Of a stretch of 32,961 nucleotides of DNA, positions 8,043-14,836 are shown piece by piece (position 1 is the stretch's first letter; each line of letters begins with the position of its first letter). Position numbers and translations under genes: made by a program. Where the stretch lies: positions 1 to 32,961 of the forward strand of contig CANHVX010000001.1 of NCBI GenBank assembly GCA_947464215.1, given 5' to 3'. The notes below the pieces were generated by a model, which worked only from the letters and a program-made list of their open reading frames with translations, was not told the origin of the DNA and made no database searches. Source of the DNA: Pseudomonadaceae bacterium. Its GTDB lineage: Bacteria > Pseudomonadota > Alphaproteobacteria > UBA2136 > UBA6156.

Positions 8043-8739
8043 TGCTGTCGTCCTTCAAGTTAAGTTTCAAGCTTTGTGTGTAATCCCATGGCGTTGTGAA
8101 GCCTATCTGCGCCGATTGCTGGTCGGCACTGACCGTATATTCGAAACTCTGCCCCCAAACATCGCGGAAGCCAAGTTTGGTTGCCATTTCGGTGAATTCG
8201 GAGGTGGAGGGGAATTTCATTTTTGCCGCATAAAACGCATAAACCTGCTCGGCCAGCGAATTCATCCGCATGTTGGACGTGCGCACCTGCCTATCGCGCA
8301 CCGCCGAGGTATCGAGCAGGGCCACCGGCTGTTCGCCGCCGGCCGCCCGGTTCAGCTCTTCGCCATCGGCCGCGCGGTGCATCTGGCTGCGCAGCAAGGT
8401 ATCATCGGACGCCGTAATCGCCACCTGCGACCGCGGCGCCCCAAACCGCCCCTCGGTCTGCTCTTCGCGCACCGTAGCCAAAAAGTTCTGGTCGCCCCGC
8501 GTTTTTCCTGTGGTTGCGGCAAACATCCGCGCGCGCTCGAGCGTGGGCGTTTCGCCATAGGTATCTTTATTTTCCGCCAGCATGGCAAACTCCATCGCCC
8601 CGGCCATATCTTCGGCGCTCCGCGTGGCCTCGGCCTGCTGGCGCTTCTGGATGTTTTCCAACTCTTGCTTGGCCCACTGCATCGACATGGCCGAAAAAAT
8701 GGTCATCCCCATCATCAGGCCCATCATGAAGGGACTCAT
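8026..8739 (-). CDS. Pilin-like protein: N-terminal hydrophobic helix plus a C-terminal GspG-like module
   Basis: Met-rich hydrophobic N-terminus (MSPFMMGLMMGMTIFSAMSMQW), a long charged helix and linker, then LAEQVYAFYAAKMKFPSTSEFTEMATKLGFRDVWGQSFEY, which resembles the GspG alpha1C/DPWG region. ATG at 8739 is preceded by a G-rich SD. Confidence 0.4.
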   Translation of the reverse strand: MSPFMMGLMMGMTIFSAMSMQWAKQELENIQKRQQAEATRSAEDMAGAMEFAMLAENKDTYGETPTLERARMFAATTGKTRGDQNFLATVREEQTEGRFGAPRSQVAITASDDTLLRSQMHRAADGEELNRAAGGEQPVALLDTSAVRDRQVRTSNMRMNSLAEQVYAFYAAKMKFPSTSEFTEMATKLGFRDVWGQSFEYTVSADQQSAQIGFTTPWDYTQSLKLNLKDDSNASSQ

Positions 8740-8751
8740 CCCCCGCCCCCC

Positions 8752-9663
8752 CTAATACGAATATCGGATGATGAGGTCGTGGAGCGAACCGTTCACATCC
8801 AGCCGGACCGTGCGCGGCGCAATCGCTTCCACCTTCACCGGAATATTCACCATCTGCTGCCCCACCCCCGGCGTTTGAGCCCGCACGCGCGCGTAGGCGG
8901 CAATCGCATCTTCATACGCCTCGGTGTAGGGCTTCATGGCATCTTCAGGCAGCGTGCCGGGTGCGGGCATCAATGCGTTCAGGGCATCCATTACCGCCAT
9001 ATCGGGCACAAACACGGGCATGCGCAGCACAAAGCTATCGCCCACCTTATAGCGTGCGCCGTTGATAACCGCGTAGGTCTCGGGCGAGGTGACCACCGCC
9101 TGCAGCGTTAAGCCCGCCAGCGCACCGCCCACGCTATACCCCCGCTGCGGCGGCTGCCACCCCGCCAGCGTGCGCGATATGGTGTTGGCCAAACTGGCCT
9201 TGAACTCGCGCATATCGGGCAACGTGGGCGTAGCATAGGTGGGCAGCTGGCCTGCGCCTGCCAGCAATTGATCGAGCAGGGTTTGCCGGTTGGCCCTTTG
9301 CACCAGCGTGCCGCTGGCATCGCGCACCTCGGTGCCGCTGGCAACTTCGGCCACCTTTAGCCCTAAGGGGTCGGGCACGGCGTCATCGGACGCCATTTGC
9401 ACCATCGTGGGCGGAATAACCGGGGCATCGCCCCCGCGCGCCGCCTTTTGGCGAGAATCGGCCATGGCTTCGTCGCGCGTGAAGGCAAAATCGGGCTGGC
9501 CGGTAAACGTGCGCGGCCATTCAAGATTGGAGCTGCCCCCACGCGCACCGCCCTGCTGCGCCCATACCGCCCACGGCGCCGCCGCCAGCACCATGGCCAG
9601 CCCCATGGCCAACCCCACCCCCCGCGCTGCGGTGCTAGAACAATGTGCCTGGATCATACGCAT
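8752..9663 (-). CDS. Secreted or periplasmic protein, tentatively GspB/GspC-HR/PilP-like
   Basis: Signal peptide (GLAMGLAMVLAAAPWAVWA|QQ). The C-terminal region LTLQAVVTSPETYAVINGARYKVGDSF...VKVEAIAPRTVRLDVNGSLHDLIIRY resembles the xxINGxxxxxGD beta-sandwich signature of GspB/PilP-type proteins. ATG at 9663 has an AAGGA SD; the listed start at 9678 is TTG. Confidence 0.35.
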   Translation of the reverse strand: MRMIQAHCSSTAARGVGLAMGLAMVLAAAPWAVWAQQGGARGGSSNLEWPRTFTGQPDFAFTRDEAMADSRQKAARGGDAPVIPPTMVQMASDDAVPDPLGLKVAEVASGTEVRDASGTLVQRANRQTLLDQLLAGAGQLPTYATPTLPDMREFKASLANTISRTLAGWQPPQRGYSVGGALAGLTLQAVVTSPETYAVINGARYKVGDSFVLRMPVFVPDMAVMDALNALMPAPGTLPEDAMKPYTEAYEDAIAAYARVRAQTPGVGQQMVNIPVKVEAIAPRTVRLDVNGSLHDLIIRYSY

Positions 9664-10132
9664 AGAGGTATCCTTCAATTTGCACCATTCGCAGGCTTTC
9701 GGGGGTGCCGCGCGGTGCTGCCGTGCAATTCAGGCAATAACGATACGGCACAAACCCCGGCAAGGCATTCATGCGCCCCAGGAGCTCTTGCACCTCGGCG
9801 TGGGTGCTGGGCCCTGACACCCGAAACGTGTAACGAAACAACGCCCGATTGCCGCGAATGAGCGGTTGGCCCTGAAATTTCCACTCGAGCCGGGGAGCGC
9901 CGATATCGAGCAGGCGCTCGATATTGAACTTCTGCGCATCGTTGTTCACCAAGCTCATCTTTCTGACAACGTTGATGCGCTGCTGGATATCTTTCCCCAA
10001 ATCGCGCTTATCTTGCGCCTCATACAGTGCCGCCTCACGCTCGGCGAAGGCGCTGCTGTTGCTGGTGTAGCGATATATCCCGAAAATAAGGGCGAAAATG
10101 AATATGGCGATCCCGGCGGTGAATTTTATCAT
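9635..10132 (-). CDS. GspM/PilO-like bitopic inner-membrane assembly protein
   Basis: Architecture is a short N-terminus, one TM helix (FTAGIAIFIFALIFGIY), a coiled-coil and a roughly 90-aa alpha/beta domain (FRYTFRVSGPSTHAEVQELLGRMNALPG...LRMVQIEGYLYAY). Its start overlaps the upstream stop as ATGA (10129-10132). Confidence 0.5.
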   Translation of the reverse strand: MIKFTAGIAIFIFALIFGIYRYTSNSSAFAEREAALYEAQDKRDLGKDIQQRINVVRKMSLVNNDAQKFNIERLLDIGAPRLEWKFQGQPLIRGNRALFRYTFRVSGPSTHAEVQELLGRMNALPGFVPYRYCLNCTAAPRGTPESLRMVQIEGYLYAYDPGTLF

Positions 10133-11460
10133 TGTGCGCCCTCCTCTTCGGCATCGGCGGGTTTTGCCTCGGTTGACGACACCGCCATCAACGCCGGCGC
10201 GACGCTGGCCGGCAACTGCGGCGCGACGCGCTTATACTCCTTCAGCACCGGGACCAACTGCACCAAGCCTTCGAGTTTGAACCCGGTGGTGGACGGCGGC
10301 TTGCGCACCGCGCTGATAAGGGCGCTGTTCAGCAAAAACGCCCGCGCTGCCGGCTCTTGCTGCAACCAGCCGGCGTAGGCCTCGGGTTCGGCGGTGACTG
10401 TCATGAGATAGGCGTTGGGCACCGCGTTGGCATCGGGCACCCGCAGCTCGAGCTGCTCGGCCTTGAACCCACTGGCTGTCACCGAGCGTGCCATATCCTT
10501 GACCGCCAACGCAAACAGGGGGCGGCGCGCGAACATATCTTCTTGCTCTTTCAAGGCTTTTTCAAGGTCGGAGAATTGGCCGCCGCGCGGGATTTGCTGC
10601 TGCACCATGTTCAACTCATCGGTTAACGTTTGCAGCCCCTTCTCTTGGTGCCACAAGCCAGCCCACACCAAACCCGCCACCACAAGCCCACCCGCAAGGA
10701 TATGCATGCCATACTTTTCCTGCATGGTCGGCTCGTTCAGCCATGCGGCGCTTTCCAGCGGCAACTCGCGCAGGCTGTAGGTGCTTATCCGCTCGGATGG
10801 CGTGAGCAGCGTGACATCCCACTGCGTATAAATGTTCACCCGCGTGGTGCGTGGATAGCTGCGCAGCACCGTCTCGACATCGCGCACCCAGCCCGTGGCC
10901 GTGGTGGGCAGCACGTAATTATCCTTGGTGTCCCAATGAAACAAAATATCGGCCGCCAGCATGATGTTGACCGTATTGGGTGCGGCGGGCGGCAGGCGGC
11001 AAAAATCCATCAGCGCCATACCGTGCAGCGCCGGCGGCAGCGCGCTGGACGCTGTCACCGTTTCATCGATCGCCTCGTTCATCAGGAATTGCGCGGGGCT
11101 GACCGGCTGGCCATCGAGCCCGCGCGGCGCAAAAAACACCAGCGCTAGGTTCTTTTTCAGCGTTTCATCGGCGAGGTCGAGCCAGCTTTCGTTCATCACG
11201 GCCTGGGTTTCGCCTTGCATCAGCAGCTCGGCCTTGTTGAGCCCCACCACGCACACGTGGCGGAAGTGCCGCCCCATGCTCTCGGTGCTGCCCGCCGGCT
11301 TGAGCGATGCCCACAGCGCCTTCAGCTGCGGTTTAATATCCTCCCACAGGGGCCCCAACAGCCCCCCTACCTGCTGCCCCAACGCACGCAGCTTGGGCGC
11401 ATACTCTTCGACCACCTTCTGCACGGCGGGAGGAAGCGGTATCTGGTTGCGCGGTATCAT
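10129..11460 (-). CDS. GspL-like (or fused PilM-PilN-like) bitopic protein
   Basis: About 270 aa of cytoplasmic domain, one TM helix (MHILAGGLVVAGLVWAGLW), a coiled-coil and a periplasmic alpha/beta domain. It sits directly between the GspF-like and GspM-like genes. ATG at 11460 is 8 nt after the upstream stop; the listed longer ORF (to 11532) overlaps the gspF-like gene. Confidence 0.5.
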   Translation of the reverse strand: MIPRNQIPLPPAVQKVVEEYAPKLRALGQQVGGLLGPLWEDIKPQLKALWASLKPAGSTESMGRHFRHVCVVGLNKAELLMQGETQAVMNESWLDLADETLKKNLALVFFAPRGLDGQPVSPAQFLMNEAIDETVTASSALPPALHGMALMDFCRLPPAAPNTVNIMLAADILFHWDTKDNYVLPTTATGWVRDVETVLRSYPRTTRVNIYTQWDVTLLTPSERISTYSLRELPLESAAWLNEPTMQEKYGMHILAGGLVVAGLVWAGLWHQEKGLQTLTDELNMVQQQIPRGGQFSDLEKALKEQEDMFARRPLFALAVKDMARSVTASGFKAEQLELRVPDANAVPNAYLMTVTAEPEAYAGWLQQEPAARAFLLNSALISAVRKPPSTTGFKLEGLVQLVPVLKEYKRVAPQLPASVAPALMAVSSTEAKPADAEEEGAQ

Positions 11461-11468
11461 GGTTCTGG

Positions 11469-12572
11469 CTACCCCTGTGACAAGACAATTGACAACATAT
11501 CGCACATCATCAGCGCGCCGCCCAGTATCCACAACACGGCACTGAAAATGCCTACAAATTTTGTATGTGTGTCGGTTAACATACGCTCGAGAATGGCGTG
11601 CGCGTGCTGCATCCCCTCGATAAGAACATCATTCACGTGGCCCGTGGTGGGGGCATAGTTTTCCGCCACGCTGACCGGGGTTACGATGATTTCGGGGAAA
11701 CCCGCACGCTCCATCGCCTGCGCCAGCGTTCCGCCCGTGGTGATGGTGTGGTTAAACTGGTCGATCCGCTTTTTTATCACGAGATTGGTGGCCAGGCCTT
11801 CCATGATGGGTATCAGCTGTTTGGGCTTCACCCCGCTGGCGATAAGATACGGAAAATACAACAACATCTGCGTGTAGGTATGAAACAACAAATAACGGCC
11901 ATACACAGGTATCTTCAGTTGCAACGCATGCAGTGTGGTGCGCCCGGCGGGGTTGGAATTCAGCGACCAGATCATCAGCCCCATCAACAGAAACATGCCC
12001 ACAAAAATATACCAATACTGCGAACAAAAGGCCGTTGTTTCCATAATGCCGTTGGGCAGCATCCCCATCGGTTTGCCCTGCGCCTCGCGCACACGGGCCA
12101 TAACAGGCAGCGTGTTGAGCCCTGTATTAAACAAGCTTGCCAACGACAACAGCATCATAAGAAACGGCGTGAGCAGCTCGGCCAGGCCTGCGCGTGAGGA
12201 ATTGATTTTTTTATCTTCCAAAATACGCAAAATCTCGAACGATTTCTGCATATTGTTGGCCGCTTCGCCGGCCAAAATGGCGGCACGGTGGAGGTCGGTG
12301 AACATCGTGCGCTCGGACACCATGGCGGCGCTGAGCGACTTGCCCTGCGACACCTTCTGCGCCAAACCCGCCACCGCCGACGCAATGGCATCCTTCTTCT
12401 CATTCCGGAACGCCTTGGCCACCGCCCGCAAGGCATCGGACGTGGTTTGGCCCGTCTTCATCATCATCGCCATGAAGAAAAAGAACCGCTCGCGGTCGCG
12501 CGCATCCATGCCGCCGCCCGCAAATCCACTCCATCCACCGCCACCTGCCACTGCCACTTTTGCCTGCGCCAT
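11469..12572 (-). CDS. Type II secretion/type IV pilus platform protein (GspF/PilC family)
   Basis: Two T2SSF-like repeats (FFFFMAMMMKTGQTTSDALRAVAK... and YTQMLLYFPYLIASGVKPKQLIPIMEGLA...), each followed by TM segments, and a third TM at the C-terminus. ATG at 12572 is 11 nt after the ATPase stop. Confidence 0.85.
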   Translation of the reverse strand: MAQAKVAVAGGGGWSGFAGGGMDARDRERFFFFMAMMMKTGQTTSDALRAVAKAFRNEKKDAIASAVAGLAQKVSQGKSLSAAMVSERTMFTDLHRAAILAGEAANNMQKSFEILRILEDKKINSSRAGLAELLTPFLMMLLSLASLFNTGLNTLPVMARVREAQGKPMGMLPNGIMETTAFCSQYWYIFVGMFLLMGLMIWSLNSNPAGRTTLHALQLKIPVYGRYLLFHTYTQMLLYFPYLIASGVKPKQLIPIMEGLATNLVIKKRIDQFNHTITTGGTLAQAMERAGFPEIIVTPVSVAENYAPTTGHVNDVLIEGMQHAHAILERMLTDTHTKFVGIFSAVLWILGGALMMCDMLSIVLSQG

Positions 12573-12583
12573 GCTGATGTGCC

Positions 12584-14281
12584 CTACGTTTTCAGCGCTT
12601 CTAGGTCGGCACTGAAGAAGCGTTCCACCTCGTCGAGGCTGGTGATGCCCTTCTGCACATGTGACAGGCCCTGCGCCAGCATGTCCTTCATGCCCGATGT
12701 GGCCGCCTGCTCGCGCACCACATCGATCCAATCGGGCCGCAAGCGGTTGCCCGACCACACGTTCCGGGAAATCTCGCGCCGCCAGACCTCGAGCACCTCT
12801 TCCATAGCAATACGCCCATTGTAGCCGCGATTATGGCACAGTTCGCAGCCATTACGGTTGGGGCGATAGATAGGATCTCCGCGCTTAAAGCCGACATTAC
12901 GCACGCTGTTGAGGCTATCGGCCATCTGGGCATCGAGCTCATACGGCACACGGCACTTGGGGCACAGGCGCCGCACCAACCGCTGCGCCACAATGCCCCG
13001 CACGTTGGAGAAAATAAGCTCGGGCGGCACACCGCGCTGCAGCAGGCGGTCCATCGTCATGAAGCTATCGTTCGCGTGCATGGTGGTGATAACCAGGTGC
13101 CCCAAGTTCCCGGCGTCGACCACGCGGCGCGTGTCTTCGGGGCTACGCACCTCACCGATAAACATCACGTCGGGGTCGAGACCCAAGGCTGCATAAAGAA
13201 AGCTCTCAAGATTCACTCCGGAAGGAATATCTTCCTCGGTTTGAATGACGTTATCCATCCGCTCTTCGATTTGCTTCTCGTAGGCAATCACGTTCTGGCC
13301 GGGGCGCTGGCCGCGACGAATCATCAGGCGGCAGGCGGTGGACTTCCCGCTACCCGTGGGGCCGGCAAAAATAATCACGCCCTCTTCAAAGCGCATCAGT
13401 GCGTCGATTTTATCAATCGTTTCCTGCGAGTAGCCGAACGTTTCCATCTGGCCTTCAAATGGGCGCAGGAAACGCATGGCGATTTTGGCCGTGTTTTCCA
13501 GCGTAATCGGCTGCGTGGTGTAGCGGATATCGACGCTTTGGCGGTTGGTGAGCTCGAACGTCATCCGGCCATACAGCGGCTTCTTGAAGTTTTCGGCACT
13601 GACGCCTGCCATGTGCCGCAAGCGGCCCACCACGCGGTCGTAGACTTCCATCGGCAGCGCCACCAGCTCTTCCAGCTCGTTATCGATACGCGCCATAACC
13701 GTGGGCTTGCGGTTAAGAATCTCGATGTGCAAGTCGGATGCGCCGTTTTTGTAGGCCGTGCGGATAATCTCATCCACCAAGCTTATCACCGCGTCGTCGT
13801 TCCCCGCGTTCAGCTGCGCGTAGGCGTTTTCCACCAAAAACTTGAGGCTGTGCCCCTCGCGCTTGTTCATCCGCTCGATCGCGCTTTCGATGCTTTTCGG
13901 CGTGGCCCACACAAATACGTGGCTGTTTTTGCGGTTGCGCAACAAAATCTCGCTGTGCAGGCGCTTATTGGGGAGATCGGATGCGGCCCAGGTGACGGTA
14001 TTGCGGCCCAGCTCGATGGGGCAAGCCGTATAAAACTGCAAAAAGGCGCGGTCTATCCCCTCGACCTGGTGGGGTGTGACCTTGGCCATTTCTTCATCGT
14101 TTTTAATAGGATACTCATACGCCACCGCACGGTAACGCGACTGCTGGTTGTTCGTTAATTTCCCCGCCTTACCCAGCGCTTCGATCAGCTGGTCGGGGTC
14201 CTTCTGGACCGTGACCGGCAGATTATGCAAATCGGTGATCGAAATCACCCGATCGGCAATCATAAGGTCGACAATATCCAT
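12584..14281 (-). CDS. Type II secretion/type IV pilus assembly ATPase (GspE/PilB family)
   Basis: T2SSE_N-like N-terminal domain, Walker A (FAGPTGSGKST), Walker B/Asp box region (DPDVMFIGEVR), His box (GHLVITTMHAN) and a tetracysteine motif (CPKC...CELCHNRGYNGR). ATG at 14281 (MDIVDLM...); the listed start at 14311 is GTG. Confidence 0.9.
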   Translation of the reverse strand: MDIVDLMIADRVISITDLHNLPVTVQKDPDQLIEALGKAGKLTNNQQSRYRAVAYEYPIKNDEEMAKVTPHQVEGIDRAFLQFYTACPIELGRNTVTWAASDLPNKRLHSEILLRNRKNSHVFVWATPKSIESAIERMNKREGHSLKFLVENAYAQLNAGNDDAVISLVDEIIRTAYKNGASDLHIEILNRKPTVMARIDNELEELVALPMEVYDRVVGRLRHMAGVSAENFKKPLYGRMTFELTNRQSVDIRYTTQPITLENTAKIAMRFLRPFEGQMETFGYSQETIDKIDALMRFEEGVIIFAGPTGSGKSTACRLMIRRGQRPGQNVIAYEKQIEERMDNVIQTEEDIPSGVNLESFLYAALGLDPDVMFIGEVRSPEDTRRVVDAGNLGHLVITTMHANDSFMTMDRLLQRGVPPELIFSNVRGIVAQRLVRRLCPKCRVPYELDAQMADSLNSVRNVGFKRGDPIYRPNRNGCELCHNRGYNGRIAMEEVLEVWRREISRNVWSGNRLRPDWIDVVREQAATSGMKDMLAQGLSHVQKGITSLDEVERFFSADLEALKT

Positions 14282-14475
14282 CCGTGCGCAGTCCAGCCCT
14301 GTTTCTGGCACAGATTAGCCGAATTCCCGGCCGTTTGCAGCACTTCGGCGCCATTCCGCTGGCCCCCTGTGGCTATGTGGCCACGTTGGAGGCATTGTGG
14401 GGCAACAGACTTCAGAGGCTTTACGTGGGGGGATTGTATGGGGTTCGCGCGCGCGTGGTAAGGCGGCGCGATGGG

Positions 14476-14560
14476 GAAGATGGTGGGCAATGAGAGATTA
14501 CGCTTCGCGTTGGTCTCGGCCTTTGGCCTCGGCTCGAACTCCCTGACCCCCGGGGGTCGG
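14476..14560 (-). pseudogene. Degenerate, interrupted copy of the 3' half of tRNA-Val (att-like relic)
   Basis: The 24-bp stretch 14476-14499 is identical to 14566-14589 (gaagatggtgggcaatgagagatt, which covers the tRNA-Val 3' acceptor strand plus CCA plus 5 flanking nt). The stretch 14533-14556 matches the tRNA variable loop and T-arm (ggggtc(a)gggagttcga) with one indel. The two matching parts are separated by about 35 nt of unrelated sequence. Confidence 0.7.
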
Positions 14561-14570
14561 GTGAAGAAGA

Positions 14571-14645
14571 TGGTGGGCAATGAGAGATTCGAACTCCCGA
14601 CCCCCTCCGTGTAAAGGAGAAGCTCTACCGCTGAGCTAATTGCCC
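14571..14645 (-). tRNA. tRNA-Val (anticodon TAC)
   Basis: Hand-folded cloverleaf: GGGCAAT/ATTGCCC acceptor, GCTC/GAGC D-stem, TCTCC-TTTACAC-GGAGG anticodon arm, GGGAG-TTCGAAT-CTCTC T-arm, and an encoded CCA. 75 nt. Confidence 0.93.
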
Positions 14646-14704
14646 GAGAACCGTATTCTGCACTCCCTTTGCGGGGAATGGGTGCCCGTTTTGTTTAACA
14701 AAAC

Positions 14705-14781
14705 TGGCGGAAGCGACGGGACTCGAACCCGCGACCCTCGGCGTGACAAGCCGATACTCTAACCAACTGAGCTACGCCTCC
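14705..14781 (-). tRNA. tRNA-Asp (anticodon GTC)
   Basis: Hand-folded: GGAGGCG/CGCTTCC acceptor, TCGGC-TTGTCAC-GCCGA anticodon arm, GCGGG-TTCGAGT-CCCGT T-arm, discriminator G and CCA. 77 nt. Closely parallels E. coli tRNA-Asp. Confidence 0.93.
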
Positions 14782-14836
14782 GCGCTGTCTCACCTTGCGG
14801 CAGACGGGCGGGTTATAGATGGTGTGGCTGTGAAGG

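Noticed and set aside
8752-9663. Whether the 303-aa secreted protein (or BamA at 19897-22197) could itself be the missing secretin or outer-membrane channel of the filament module.
   Set aside because: The 303-aa protein is too small and lacks the conserved secretin C-domain pattern. BamA is a canonical POTRA plus Omp85 barrel in its standard housekeeping context. Absence of a secretin from this window does not prove absence from the genome.
14545-14558. Perfect 14-bp palindrome gacccccgggggtc downstream of tRNA-Val, considered as a terminator or protein-binding site.
   Set aside because: Half of it is simply the ggggtc variable-loop segment of the tRNA-Val relic. It has no loop and no following U-tract, so I did not call it a terminator. 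It is mentioned only as part of the relic.
14225-14580. ORFs 14225..14461+, 14284..14493+ and 14260..14580- in the region between the gspE-like gene and tRNA-Val.
   Set aside because: They span the tRNA relic and a probable promoter region, have no SD or recognisable motifs, and give low-complexity translations. More likely non-coding.
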